A stretch of DNA of 64,000 nt, from assembly GCA_039818205.1 (NCBI GenBank), contig JBCBUK010000008.1:161377-225376 (forward strand). Reading direction: 5' to 3'. The notes beneath the pieces were generated by a model. That model did not search any database and was not told where the DNA came from. It saw nothing but the letters and a program-made list of their open reading frames with translations. Both the position numbers and the translations under genes were made by a program. Shown in pieces: positions 11,626 through 21,752 of the stretch; position 1 is the first letter of the stretch, and every line of letters begins with the position of its first letter. Origin of the DNA: Verrucomicrobiota bacterium. GTDB lineage: Bacteria; Verrucomicrobiota; Verrucomicrobiia; Opitutales; Cerasicoccaceae.

Positions 11626-12186
11626 ATGCCGCTTATTTCTGTGTTATCTGAAGAACCAGGCTGGTTCTGCCTGCGGTCGCAACCGAGGCGGGAGCGCTCT
11701 GCCCAGCGTACTTTGATGACACTTCCTGGCGTAGAAGTTATATTGCCGCTCGCACGTTTTCCGCAGCAATCTGCTAAAGGAGCGAAACGACAGGTCCAGG
11801 AACCCATCTTTCCAAACTACCTGTTCTGCCGTTTCATTCCATGCGAGTCCGCCCGCAAGGTCCAATACAGTCAGGGGGTTTCCTACATCCTTAAACGAGG
11901 AGACGACCTCGTCGCGGTGCCAGAACGAATCATCCGCGAGATCAAAACGATTGCGCCGTCGGGCGTCCTCGATTTGGCGCCGAAGCCATTGTTCCAAGGA
12001 GAGCAGATTCGATTGATCCAAGGGATCTTTTCTGGAACTGACGCCAAGGTCGTCGCGCTCGCGCCCGCCAATGATCGCGTAAAAGTGCTCCTGGAAATTC
12101 TCGGGAGCGAGCAGGAAATTTCGATCCCGATTACGGCGATCAAACGCAATTTTGAAAATCCGTTCCACGGAGACAAACCCGGTTAA
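11626..12186 (+). CDS. NusG/RfaH-family transcription antitermination factor
   Basis: NGN domain (WFCLRSQPRRE, EPIFPNYLFCRF) and KOW domain (GEQIRLIQGIFSG...RVKVLLEILG). Confidence 0.9.
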   Translation: MPLISVLSEEPGWFCLRSQPRRERSAQRTLMTLPGVEVILPLARFPQQSAKGAKRQVQEPIFPNYLFCRFIPCESARKVQYSQGVSYILKRGDDLVAVPERIIREIKTIAPSGVLDLAPKPLFQGEQIRLIQGIFSGTDAKVVALAPANDRVKVLLEILGSEQEISIPITAIKRNFENPFHGDKPG

Positions 12187-12237
12187 CCGAGCGCGCCCCG
12201 ATGGGCCCCGCTACTCCAGTCCACTGTTCAATCCCAA

Positions 12238-13053
12238 TTGGCTTTGCCCCTAGGCATACGGCCAAGGGCGGCAGCATCTAAAAACTCGGCTTCGACAGCC
12301 CGCCACTCATTGACCCAGATTCTTGGCATTGATTTTTTTCAAGGAACTCCTGAAGAAGCAGTTCAGAAGCTTCATTCTGGAGGCCTCGTGGTCGCGCCTT
12401 CGGGACCAAACTTGGCGGAGATGGACAAAATGCCCGCGTACCTACGCGCAGTAACCAGTGCGGAACTGGCGGTTCTCGATAGCGGCGCCTTGGTCCTTTT
12501 CTGGCACAAGCTAACGGGCACCCACCTGACTAGACTTTCCGGCTTGGCTTTGTTGCAATCGCTCGTCACAAGCCCAGAATTCGTCGAGCACCAGAATGAT
12601 CAGTTTTGGGTCATGCCAACCGAAGAGGCCAAAGTCCGAAATGTTGAATACCTTAAAACTCTGGGTATCCATATACAGGAAGACCAGTGTTACGTGGCGC
12701 CTTATTACGAGCGAGGTGACATCCATGATGCGGATTTGCTAGAACGGATTAACGAGAAACAACCGAAATATGTCGTGATCAATCTCGCGGGTGGAAAACA
12801 AGAGGTTCTGGGTGCCTGGCTTCGGTCTCATTGCCAAGGGCAGCCCGCTTTCATCTGCACGGGTGCCGCAATTGGCTTTATGACTGGCGAGCAAGCCAAC
12901 ATTCCTGGCTGGGCAGATCGCTACTACCTTGGCTGGCTAATGCGTATCCTGCGCAACCCATCGGGATACCTATCGCGCTACTGGGAGGCCCGCCGGCTTT
13001 GGCCATTGGTGCGGAAGTATCGTGAATCGACTCCCCAGCTAGCTGCAGGCTAA
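12238..13053 (+). CDS. WecB/TagA/CpsF family glycosyltransferase (GT26)
   Basis: QILGIDFF, LAVLDSG, RLSGL, LAGGKQE, CTGAAIGF and WLMRIL motifs. True start may be TTG at 12310. Confidence 0.85.
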   Translation: MALPLGIRPRAAASKNSASTARHSLTQILGIDFFQGTPEEAVQKLHSGGLVVAPSGPNLAEMDKMPAYLRAVTSAELAVLDSGALVLFWHKLTGTHLTRLSGLALLQSLVTSPEFVEHQNDQFWVMPTEEAKVRNVEYLKTLGIHIQEDQCYVAPYYERGDIHDADLLERINEKQPKYVVINLAGGKQEVLGAWLRSHCQGQPAFICTGAAIGFMTGEQANIPGWADRYYLGWLMRILRNPSGYLSRYWEARRLWPLVRKYRESTPQLAAG

Positions 13054-13055
13054 CT

Positions 13056-13913
13056 ATGGCAAATCCGATCAAACAGTTTATCGATGGCCGCTTACCTGGT
13101 TTGGGGGTTCAATACCGAAAGTGGCGAGATGATTGGATATACGCGAAAACCAAGCCCTACCAATCATCTCAAGGTCTGGTTATTTATGGAGACACCAGCA
13201 GCCACTACACGAGCAGCAACGCGATTGAAGATCGCCTAGAATCCGAGGAGATAAAATTTGTCCGAAGCCTTTTTGCGGATATCGACGTATTCGTCGACAT
13301 CGGAGCCAATATTGGCATATTCTCGATGCTTGCTGCACAAGCAGGAAAGGCAGTCGTGGCCATCGAAGCGCACCCGCGGAACTTTCAGAATCTATTGCGA
13401 AACCTCGATGAGAACGATATTGGTGGCGTTGAGTGCTTCAACATTGCATTGAGTAATTCCGTTGGGGTCGCATCGCTCTTTGGCAGCGGTGAGATGGCCT
13501 CGCTAACCACAGGATGGGGCGGAAAAATCGTCAACCATTCGGTGCTCACTGCAACCGATACGCTAGACAACTTGATTGGCGATCGCTTTCCGGGTAAACG
13601 CCTTTTGATTAAGATGGATGTCGAAGGCCATGAGGCCTCCGTGCTCTCCGGTGCCCAAGACGTGTTGAATCGAAATCCTCAAGCGACTTGGTTTTTCGAG
13701 CATGGATTCGATCAACACTTTAACGGAATCAACCCGTACTACCTTGAAGTCTTTGAACATTTCTGGCGGGCCAACTATCAGGTCATGCCCGCTGATGCCG
13801 ATATTGGATTTCTCGACCCGGCAGTGGTCAGAGACGCAGTATCAAAAGGCGTGAACCCTTACCCTGGAAACCTTAACTTTATGGCCAGAGCCAACCCAAC
13901 AAACGATGAGTAA
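13056..13913 (+). CDS. FkbM family methyltransferase
   Basis: FVDIGANIGIFS and LIKMDVEGHEASVLSGA. Confidence 0.92.
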   Translation: MANPIKQFIDGRLPGLGVQYRKWRDDWIYAKTKPYQSSQGLVIYGDTSSHYTSSNAIEDRLESEEIKFVRSLFADIDVFVDIGANIGIFSMLAAQAGKAVVAIEAHPRNFQNLLRNLDENDIGGVECFNIALSNSVGVASLFGSGEMASLTTGWGGKIVNHSVLTATDTLDNLIGDRFPGKRLLIKMDVEGHEASVLSGAQDVLNRNPQATWFFEHGFDQHFNGINPYYLEVFEHFWRANYQVMPADADIGFLDPAVVRDAVSKGVNPYPGNLNFMARANPTNDE

Positions 13914-14736
13914 CGAATCGTTACCAATCACCGAGATCCAAGCAGGACGCAAGGCGCGGATCCAACAGTTCTTCTGGGATCTGTGGATGTATCGTGACTT
14001 GTTTATGGCATTCCTTACGCGGGATATTAAGGTTCGATACAAACAGACGATCCTCGGCATCACCTGGGTCGTTATACAACCACTGGCGACGGCTGGCGCT
14101 TTCTCAATGATTTTTGGTGGCATTGCTCAGATGCCAGTTGGCAGTATGCCCTACCCAGTCTTTTATCTGGCCGCGTTGGTAGTATGGTCAAACTTTGCCA
14201 ACTCGCTTAGTGGATCGGCGGCCAGTATGGAATCGAGCGCCGGCTTGATTTCGAAGGTGTATTTCCCCCGCGTGGTCGTGCCAGGTGCCATGATTGTTAG
14301 CACGCTACCCGACTTTCTAATTGGATTCGTTTTGCTCAATGTCGTCGCGGCGATCTATGGATTGTGGACTCCAATGCTGCTACTTTGCCTCCCGCTGCTA
14401 TTGGTATCGCTGGCGGCGGCTTGCGGCATTGGGCTCACCCTCGCCGCCCTGAACGCCCAGTATCGCGATGTTCGCTACATTGTGCCGTTCCTTATTCAGA
14501 TGGGCATGCTGGTGACACCGGTTATTTATCCGCTCGATAAAGTTCCGCATTGGGGTCAGCTGATTCTTTATGGAAACCCTGTCGCTGGAGTCATAACTTG
14601 CTTCCGATGGGCGCTCGGCGGACCCGCTCCGCCACCCGATCTCATTACTGCGAACGTCTGTGCAGCAATCGTTTACCTGCTTATCGGCTTACTGTTCTTC
14701 CGCTGGCGCGAGGGTAAGTTGGTCGATGTCCTCTAA
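13906..14736 (+). CDS. wzm: polysaccharide ABC exporter permease (Wzm)
   Basis: RDIKVRYKQTILGITW, LISKVYFPR and TPVIYP, typical of ABC-2 permeases. Confidence 0.93.
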   Translation: MSNESLPITEIQAGRKARIQQFFWDLWMYRDLFMAFLTRDIKVRYKQTILGITWVVIQPLATAGAFSMIFGGIAQMPVGSMPYPVFYLAALVVWSNFANSLSGSAASMESSAGLISKVYFPRVVVPGAMIVSTLPDFLIGFVLLNVVAAIYGLWTPMLLLCLPLLLVSLAAACGIGLTLAALNAQYRDVRYIVPFLIQMGMLVTPVIYPLDKVPHWGQLILYGNPVAGVITCFRWALGGPAPPPDLITANVCAAIVYLLIGLLFFRWREGKLVDVL

Positions 14737-14750
14737 CCTTTCTGTAAATC

Positions 14751-16040
14751 ATGTCTTGGTCCGTTCAAATTGAAGGCTTACACAAGCGTTATCGTCGCGG
14801 CGGTGTTCCGGTGATGTCGAACAGCTTGCGGGAGGACGCCGGTCGTTTCCTTAAATCACTGAAGAAACGTCAGGCTAAAGAAGCAGCTGATCCCGCTGCC
14901 AATTCTGAGTTGCCACCGAATCACTTTTGGGCGTTGCGCGATATCAATCTTGAAATCAATCAGGGAGATATCGTCGGCCTGATTGGCTTCAATGGTTCGG
15001 GTAAAAGCACACTGCTAAAGATTATCGCCCGGATTACCGAACCAACAAAAGGAAACATTCGGTATCGCGGACGCCTGGGAACCATGCTTGAGGTCGGTAC
15101 CGGCTTTCACCGTGAACTGAGCGGCCGGGAGAACATCTACCTCAACGGAGCCATCCTTGGCATGACCCGGCGTGACATAACCGCTGCCTTTGATGAAATC
15201 GTCGAGTTCTCCGAGGTTGGCTCGTCCCTCGATACGCCGGTTAAGTTTTATAGCTCGGGGATGTATGTGCGCCTTGCATTCTCGGTCGCGGCCCACCTTC
15301 GGACCGACATATTGCTGGTTGATGAAGTGTTAGCCGTTGGGGATCAGCGATTCCAAGACAAGTGCCTCGGCAAAATGGACGACGTCGCTGCCCATGGGAA
15401 AACCATCATCTTTGTTTCCCACAACATGGCGAGTGTCGAGAAGCTGTGCCGCCGTGGCATACTGTTGCGCGAAGGAACCATAACCTGCGACGGTGAGATC
15501 AACGAAGCGATCCGGGGTTACCTGAATATCGGTGGAAACTTGTCCAATGACTTGAGCAATCATCCGAACCGTGAAGGTTCAGGCGAGGTGCGTGTTGATG
15601 AAATTGAGATCATTGACCAAAAAGGATACCGACTCAATGAAGTTCCAGCCGGCGAATCGGTTCGCATACGTTTCCATTTCCGTAAGACAACGGATGCGCC
15701 GATCGATCAAATCGATTTCGGGATCAAGCTGCTAAATGAAGATCGAGTGCCGGTGTTTTTCCATCGAAACACGCTTGATAAGGTCGATTTTGGGAAGCTA
15801 CCAAACCGGGGAACCTTCGAATGTTCGATTGATCGCCTACCACTGCCCATCGGTCGCTATTTCTTAAACTACCATCTTTCGCCAGACTTCGGCCGGACCG
15901 CGCAGTTTTACGACAAGATTGTTAGCGCCTATGAATTTTCTGTCGTATCGGGAGCATTCTTTGAAAGCGGTCAACTTCCTCCACGAGGCCGCGGCGTTGC
16001 GCTACTGAATGCCGATTGGCAAATGCTACCGCAAGAGTAG
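14751..16040 (+). CDS. wzt: polysaccharide ABC exporter ATPase (Wzt) with C-terminal carbohydrate-binding domain
   Basis: Walker A GFNGSGKST, YSSGMYVRLAFS, VDEVLAVGD, and a ~170-aa Wzt-C-like extension. Confidence 0.94.
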   Translation: MSWSVQIEGLHKRYRRGGVPVMSNSLREDAGRFLKSLKKRQAKEAADPAANSELPPNHFWALRDINLEINQGDIVGLIGFNGSGKSTLLKIIARITEPTKGNIRYRGRLGTMLEVGTGFHRELSGRENIYLNGAILGMTRRDITAAFDEIVEFSEVGSSLDTPVKFYSSGMYVRLAFSVAAHLRTDILLVDEVLAVGDQRFQDKCLGKMDDVAAHGKTIIFVSHNMASVEKLCRRGILLREGTITCDGEINEAIRGYLNIGGNLSNDLSNHPNREGSGEVRVDEIEIIDQKGYRLNEVPAGESVRIRFHFRKTTDAPIDQIDFGIKLLNEDRVPVFFHRNTLDKVDFGKLPNRGTFECSIDRLPLPIGRYFLNYHLSPDFGRTAQFYDKIVSAYEFSVVSGAFFESGQLPPRGRGVALLNADWQMLPQE

Positions 16041-16090
16041 CTCGCCCCGAAGCAAGTGAGTTTTCTGACTGTCAGACATTCTTAATCTCA

Positions 16091-17038
16091 ATGAGTCAGC
16101 AGTTTCAGCATCCAATAGCACTCATCGTTTATCGACGCCCGGAATCCGTCGCCAAGTTGATGGCCTGCCTTGGTCGCGTTAAGCCCACAAAACTCTATGT
16201 CATCGCTGATGTCCCCAGGGACCCAAAGTGGCAGGCTGAGTGCGATGAGACTTTTGCCATCGCTACAAACCCATCGTGGAACTGCGAATTGTTTGTTGAC
16301 CGAGCTAAGGAAAATCTTGGGTGCCGCCGGCGTATTTCTTCCGGGGTTGATTGGGTATTCAGCCAAGAAGAAACCGTCGTGGTCCTCGAAGATGATCTGG
16401 AACCTGCCGATAGCTTCTTCCCATTCTGCGCAGAACTCCTAGAACGGTATCGCGACGATAAACGCATCATGCACATTGGTGGAAACAACCACCAGCAAGG
16501 GATCGCGCGAACCCCGGATTCTTATTATTTTAGTAAGCACACCCATTGCTGGGGTTGGGCAAGCTGGCGGCGGGCTTGGCAACACTTCGACCATGAGCTC
16601 ACAAACTGGCCAACGTTTCGTGACGGCGGATTTATGGAGCGTGTGTGCCCGGATCCACTTGAAAGAGAATACTTCGCCGGCAAGCTCGACGGTGTGCTTA
16701 ACGGCGATATAGATTCCTGGGCTTATATTTGGACTTATTCATGCTGGCGACAGAATGGCCTGGGTATCATTCCGGCGGTCAACCTCGTGGCCAATCACGG
16801 TTTCGACGACTCCGCAACGCACACGAAAGGATCACACGCGTTGCAGGAGCTTCGGGCCGAAGAGCTATCGTTCCCGCTTCAACATCCGACTGGGTTCGCA
16901 CCCAACGAAGCTGCGGATCACTATGCGTTCTATCATCACTTTGAAGGCAATGCGATACGAGCAGCCCGTTCACCAATGGGTAAAATTCGCCAGTGGCGCA
17001 ATGGAGCATTGCGTCGGATGAAAGCATTAACGCGCTAA
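16091..17038 (+). CDS. GT-A fold glycosyltransferase (nucleotide-diphospho-sugar transferase, HlpA-like)
   Basis: PIALIVYRRP, NLGC...SSGVDWVF, VVLEDD and HCWGWASWRRAW. Start placed at ATG 16091. Confidence 0.85.
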   Translation: MSQQFQHPIALIVYRRPESVAKLMACLGRVKPTKLYVIADVPRDPKWQAECDETFAIATNPSWNCELFVDRAKENLGCRRRISSGVDWVFSQEETVVVLEDDLEPADSFFPFCAELLERYRDDKRIMHIGGNNHQQGIARTPDSYYFSKHTHCWGWASWRRAWQHFDHELTNWPTFRDGGFMERVCPDPLEREYFAGKLDGVLNGDIDSWAYIWTYSCWRQNGLGIIPAVNLVANHGFDDSATHTKGSHALQELRAEELSFPLQHPTGFAPNEAADHYAFYHHFEGNAIRAARSPMGKIRQWRNGALRRMKALTR

Positions 17039-17059
17039 ACTCCAACCATACTTCTAGCC

Positions 17060-17788
17060 ATGTCAATTCCCCGTATCATCCATCAGGCTTGGAATACCAA
17101 TGACGTCCCAGAGCAGTTTCATGCTTGGCAACAGAAAGTTAAGGACCTTCACCCCAACTGGGAGTATCGGCTTTGGACCGATGACGATTCGCGCGAGCTC
17201 ATCAAGGATAAGTACCCGCAAGATCTTGAACGATTTGATGCGTTGCCTCGCAACATTATGCGGTCCGACATGACGCGCTATTTCGTCATGGATTCGATCG
17301 GCGGTTTCTACCTCGATCTCGACTACGAAGTCTATCAATCCTTCGAGCCAGTCGCCGCGAAATACGATTTTGTTTTGCCCAAAAACCGTGAACCCGGTGA
17401 CACATCAAAGATTAAGCAATGGCAGGTTGGAAACGCCATTTTTGGTTCTAGTCCTGGTCATCCTTTCTGGCAGAATGTGTTCGCTGACTTTCGCAACGGC
17501 CCGCGTGAAATTCGCACGCCCGAGGGTAACATCCATGTTGAAGAAATCACGGGCCCTGCCTTCCTGACTCGCATTATTCATGAGCAACCGCTTGAGCCCA
17601 GCGATGGAGACTGGATTGCGCCGCGGAAGCACTTTCATCCGCGTCACGATGAGTTCGAGGCGGGTGATCCAGACGTATTTGGCTTTCACCACTGTTCTGG
17701 CAGCTGGCGACCAAAACCAACGATTCTTCAGCGAGCCAAAAACCGTCTGAAACGAATGTTTCAAGGCGAAAACACCGCCGAAAAATAG
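17060..17788 (+). CDS. glycosyltransferase, GT32/OCH1-like (DXD)
   Basis: IPRIIHQAW, WEYRLWTD, RSDMTRY...GGFYLDLD, TGP and HHCSGSW. Confidence 0.88.
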   Translation: MSIPRIIHQAWNTNDVPEQFHAWQQKVKDLHPNWEYRLWTDDDSRELIKDKYPQDLERFDALPRNIMRSDMTRYFVMDSIGGFYLDLDYEVYQSFEPVAAKYDFVLPKNREPGDTSKIKQWQVGNAIFGSSPGHPFWQNVFADFRNGPREIRTPEGNIHVEEITGPAFLTRIIHEQPLEPSDGDWIAPRKHFHPRHDEFEAGDPDVFGFHHCSGSWRPKPTILQRAKNRLKRMFQGENTAEK

Positions 17789-17805
17789 AAGCTTCCGGTG
17801 ATCCC

Positions 17806-18996
17806 TTGAAAGTACTCTTTGCCAATACGGAGAAACGCGGCGGTGCCTGGATTGCCTGCAAACGCTTTGCGGAGGAACTTCAAAATCAAGAGACCGAAGT
17901 ATCCGTTTTAACCGCTGATGATTTGAAGGATTCCGCGATCTTCGGGCGCGTCAAGCGAATGCTGATAGAGACCAATCAGCGATCCAAACAAGCACAATGG
18001 CAGTCGCGCAACCCCGATTATCCGGGCGTGTTTACTCTAGAAAGCAGTGCTATGGCAAACGGCCTCTTGGATCGAAGCAATGGGCATGATATAACCCATT
18101 TGCATTGGGTTTCTTACTTGCTAGATTGGAAGCAGTTCTTCACTCAGCGTGATGTAAGCAAACCACTTTTCTGGACATGGCATGACCAGAATCCGATGTC
18201 TGGTGGAAGACACTACGAGGACAAAGAAGAGGCGTTATTCTCGTCACCCAGTGACCCACTTGAACAAGAGATCTGGATTACAAAGTGCGAGCTGGTCTCG
18301 CAAAGCGATAATCTTTGGGTGATCACGCCCAGCAAATGGCTGGCAAACCTCGCGAAGCAACACCCCGCATGGAGCAAGGCCGAGATTCGCACCATCCACA
18401 ATGGCGTGGATACCAAACTCTTCTCCCCCGGTGATGTGAGCATCGCCCGGCAAGCACTTGATCTTCCAGCGAAAGGCACCGCATTCCTATTTGTAGCCGA
18501 TAGCCTTAAAGATCCCCGTAAAGGTGGAGATCTCCTCAACGCGGCACTCGAGCAATTGCCTGACTCAGATTGGTTTAGCATCTCATTAGGTGGCTCGTCT
18601 CCCCCTACCACTCGGGGTAATCATTTTCACCTTGGGCATCTTAGCAATGAGCGGTTTCTTCCACTGGTTTACCGCGCCGCGAATGCCCTGATTGTGCCCT
18701 CCAGAGTCGATAATCTGCCCAACACCGCGGTCGAGGCATTTGCTTGTGGAGTTCCGGTGATTGCATTCAACACTGGCGGATTGGGCGACATCATTGACGA
18801 TCAAACGAACGGTTTGCTGATCGATACATTATCTGATGACGCGCTCGCCAATGCACTGGGTGGTTTAATCAACGAACCCGAGATGTTGTCACTATGGGGA
18901 GCCAATGCGCGGGCGAAGGCGCTCGATGAGTTCGACATTGCGAAGCAAAGTACTCGCTATCGCCAACTCTACGACGAGGCACTCGAGAAGGCCTAA
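17806..18996 (+). CDS. GT4 glycosyltransferase (WcaC-like)
   Basis: HLHW, WTWHD, DPRKG and PSRVDNLPNTAVEAFACGVPV. TTG start. Confidence 0.9.
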   Translation: MKVLFANTEKRGGAWIACKRFAEELQNQETEVSVLTADDLKDSAIFGRVKRMLIETNQRSKQAQWQSRNPDYPGVFTLESSAMANGLLDRSNGHDITHLHWVSYLLDWKQFFTQRDVSKPLFWTWHDQNPMSGGRHYEDKEEALFSSPSDPLEQEIWITKCELVSQSDNLWVITPSKWLANLAKQHPAWSKAEIRTIHNGVDTKLFSPGDVSIARQALDLPAKGTAFLFVADSLKDPRKGGDLLNAALEQLPDSDWFSISLGGSSPPTTRGNHFHLGHLSNERFLPLVYRAANALIVPSRVDNLPNTAVEAFACGVPVIAFNTGGLGDIIDDQTNGLLIDTLSDDALANALGGLINEPEMLSLWGANARAKALDEFDIAKQSTRYRQLYDEALEKA

Positions 18997-19000
18997 GACC

Positions 19001-19891
19001 ATGTCTGATATCAAGGTCAGTATCATCACTCCAAACTATAACTACGGGCACCTACTTGGCCGTACGTTGAGCTCGGTGGCCGATCAGGACTATTCAAACA
19101 TCGAACATTTTGTCGTCGATGGTGGTTCGAACGATGACTCCGTTGATGTAATCAAAGCACATGCGGCCAAGGGTCATTTGGCCAACTGGGTTAGCGAAAG
19201 CGACAAGGGTCAGACCGACGCGATTAATAAGGGCTTTGCCATGACGACAGGCGATATCTTTGCCTGGCTAAATGCCGATGATTACTACGCACACTCGGGA
19301 GTCATCAGCCAGGTGGTTGATCTCTACGAAAAAGGCAATCGGTTTATCTCGGGTGAGTTTCGCGCCATTGATGCAGACGGTAACGAGTTTCCTGAAGGAG
19401 CTGCCTTTGGCAAGTGCAATCCGATCGAGTTCAAAGATGCTCTACGTTTCTGGGCGAACCACTGCCCGCCCCAGCCCGCTACCTTTGTCGATCGAATCCT
19501 CGCTGCCAATGTCTTCCCGCTAGACATCTCGGTAGAGTGCTACATGGACTACCAATTGTTTCTCGGCATTCTGGCTGAAAATCCGAAGACCGCCTGGATT
19601 CCCGAAGTTTGGGTTGATTTCGTTTATCACGGTGAGAATAAATCGATGGGAAATTTTTCCGATGCTTACAATTGGGAAGCAGAAGCCCGGCGGGTGTTCC
19701 TCGGTGCGGCGGAGAAACTACCCGCTTCCGATCGGGCTGTATATCAGAAAGAATTTGAGAAGGTAGCGCTACTGCAAAACGCTGGAAGTCGGCCCGCACT
19801 GGAAAGCATTCAAACCGCATTCCGACAATCTCCCGGCACGTTGGCCAATCCCCGGTTTTGGAAAATCCTTCTCGGGCAAAAGAGAAAATGA
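19001..19891 (+). CDS. GT2 glycosyltransferase
   Basis: VSIITPNYN, VVDGGSND, DKGQTDAINKG and WLNADD. Start placed at ATG 19001. Confidence 0.92.
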   Translation: MSDIKVSIITPNYNYGHLLGRTLSSVADQDYSNIEHFVVDGGSNDDSVDVIKAHAAKGHLANWVSESDKGQTDAINKGFAMTTGDIFAWLNADDYYAHSGVISQVVDLYEKGNRFISGEFRAIDADGNEFPEGAAFGKCNPIEFKDALRFWANHCPPQPATFVDRILAANVFPLDISVECYMDYQLFLGILAENPKTAWIPEVWVDFVYHGENKSMGNFSDAYNWEAEARRVFLGAAEKLPASDRAVYQKEFEKVALLQNAGSRPALESIQTAFRQSPGTLANPRFWKILLGQKRK

Positions 19892-20595
19892 CAACGGAAT
19901 CAACCACGACAAACGATTTCATCGATATACCATCGGCCAGTTGGAATGTTTTGTACACCTGCCGGCGACTGACTTTGGATGAGGTGAAGCGTTATGCTGA
20001 GTCTGCAACTGGCGAGTTGTTGGATGTCGGTTGCGGCCGCCAGCCCTATCGATCCTTGTTCCAGAATCTAACTCGCTACCAGGGGGTAGATACCGCAAGC
20101 AGCGTCCATGATCTTCCTCCTGATACCGTCGTCTTTGACGGCGAAACGCTTCCATTCGAGGATAACAGTTTCGATTGTGCGATTGCGACAGAAGTTTTCG
20201 AGCACGTGAAACGGCCCGCGGCGCTTTTTGCCGAGATTCGTCGAGTACTTCGCCCCGGTGGCCAATTGATGCTCACTGTCCCATTTATTCAGGCCCTTCA
20301 CGAGTCGCCATATGACTTTCGAAGACCAACCCCATTTTGGCTACAAGAGACGCTGCAAGCGGCGGGGTTTGATGGCATCGAGATCGCTGCGCTGGGTTCC
20401 TGGCATCACTCATTTGCGCACTTCTTCGGACTCTATGCCTGGCATTGTTACAAGAACAACAAATTTGCCTACCCGCTTCTAGCACTTGCCAGCATTCACC
20501 GGCGCCTGGTATGGAATCGAAGCAGAAAGTCTCGCTTTAAGCCGGTTGATGGCCAGATGTGCGTTGGTTGGAGTGCCACAGCGAAACGCTCCTAA
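19888..20595 (+). CDS. class I SAM-dependent methyltransferase (type 11)
   Basis: LLDVGCG, LPFEDNSFD, EVFEHV and RVLRPGG. ATGA overlap with the upstream gene. Confidence 0.9.
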   Translation: MTTESTTTNDFIDIPSASWNVLYTCRRLTLDEVKRYAESATGELLDVGCGRQPYRSLFQNLTRYQGVDTASSVHDLPPDTVVFDGETLPFEDNSFDCAIATEVFEHVKRPAALFAEIRRVLRPGGQLMLTVPFIQALHESPYDFRRPTPFWLQETLQAAGFDGIEIAALGSWHHSFAHFFGLYAWHCYKNNKFAYPLLALASIHRRLVWNRSRKSRFKPVDGQMCVGWSATAKRS

Positions 20596-20607
20596 ACAGT
20601 TTTGACG

Positions 20608-21747
20608 ATGCGTTGGTTACTTGCCTACGAATTCCCTAAAACCCGCGGCCTGGGAGCGTCTCGTGTTTGGTATGATTTTGGACAGGCACTTGAAGGCCTC
20701 GGCCATGACGTTGAACACTTCACCGCTGATCAGGCTTTCCCCGATGGCCTGCAGGGCCGAATTCGTCCACTCTTGAGAGTGCCGCTATTTGCAAAGGCAC
20801 TTAAGGAATACCTTGAGAAACACCCGGATCAATATGATGTCGTCGATTGCCACCTGGGAGTTTTTCCGAAGCGACCAGAAGTACTCTCGCCAAATACGCT
20901 AATAGCAACCCGGTCTGTTGGTCTGTTCGACATCTATAAAGAAGTCTTAGCTACCCTGCCCTCCGAGAACAAATTTGGCCCGCTATCGGTTGTCGAACGT
21001 GCGGTTGATATTTGGCGCGCAAGTGCTCGGCGCTCACAATTCGGAGCAAGCGATCTAGTTAATGTTCCTAACTCCGAAGAGGTCGAACGGCTTAGTCGCG
21101 ACGGCTGTTCCATGCCGGTCGTTCATTTTCCATACGGTATTTCTGAGCGTGAGATCAAGGCAGTCCCCAAGGAGACGATTGAGACTCAGCCACCACGGTT
21201 GATCTTCCTTGGCATGTGGTGCTACCGTAAAGGAAAACACGACATCCGCGATGCGTTTCTAAAGATCATTGAACAAGTGCCGGAGGCACAGCTGGAGCTG
21301 CTCGGGGTATCACGCCCCGAAAACGAGATCCTTGCCGAGTTCCCGGAAAGTGCTCGAGGTAATATCTCAGTCACTTCCCGTTTTGAGCCTGATCAACTAT
21401 TTCAGAAAATCGATGGTTCGGCAGTCGCTCTGTTTCCAAGCTATGCTGAAGGATTCGGAATTGCTGTCATCGAACAATTACTTAGTGGCATTCCTGTGTT
21501 TGCCTACAACATTGGCGGACCCGCTGATATTCTGAACGGGCTTCCTTATGCCGCACTCTTCGAGCGTGGCGACAAGCTTGCTCTGGCAAATTCAGTGATT
21601 AACTACCTTAAGATGCCGGAGAAAAATCGTGATGAGATCCGAACGGCTTGTCGCAAGCACGCCTTGAGTTTTCAGTGGGAATCGATTGCGGCCGATACAG
21701 CCGAAGCATATCAAAGGATTCGCTCAGCGGACCCCAGCGCAGTTTAA
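20608..21747 (+). CDS. GT4 glycosyltransferase
   Basis: RKG motif and FPSYAEGFGIAVIEQLLSGIPV. Confidence 0.9.
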   Translation: MRWLLAYEFPKTRGLGASRVWYDFGQALEGLGHDVEHFTADQAFPDGLQGRIRPLLRVPLFAKALKEYLEKHPDQYDVVDCHLGVFPKRPEVLSPNTLIATRSVGLFDIYKEVLATLPSENKFGPLSVVERAVDIWRASARRSQFGASDLVNVPNSEEVERLSRDGCSMPVVHFPYGISEREIKAVPKETIETQPPRLIFLGMWCYRKGKHDIRDAFLKIIEQVPEAQLELLGVSRPENEILAEFPESARGNISVTSRFEPDQLFQKIDGSAVALFPSYAEGFGIAVIEQLLSGIPVFAYNIGGPADILNGLPYAALFERGDKLALANSVINYLKMPEKNRDEIRTACRKHALSFQWESIAADTAEAYQRIRSADPSAV

Positions 21748-21752
21748 GACCA

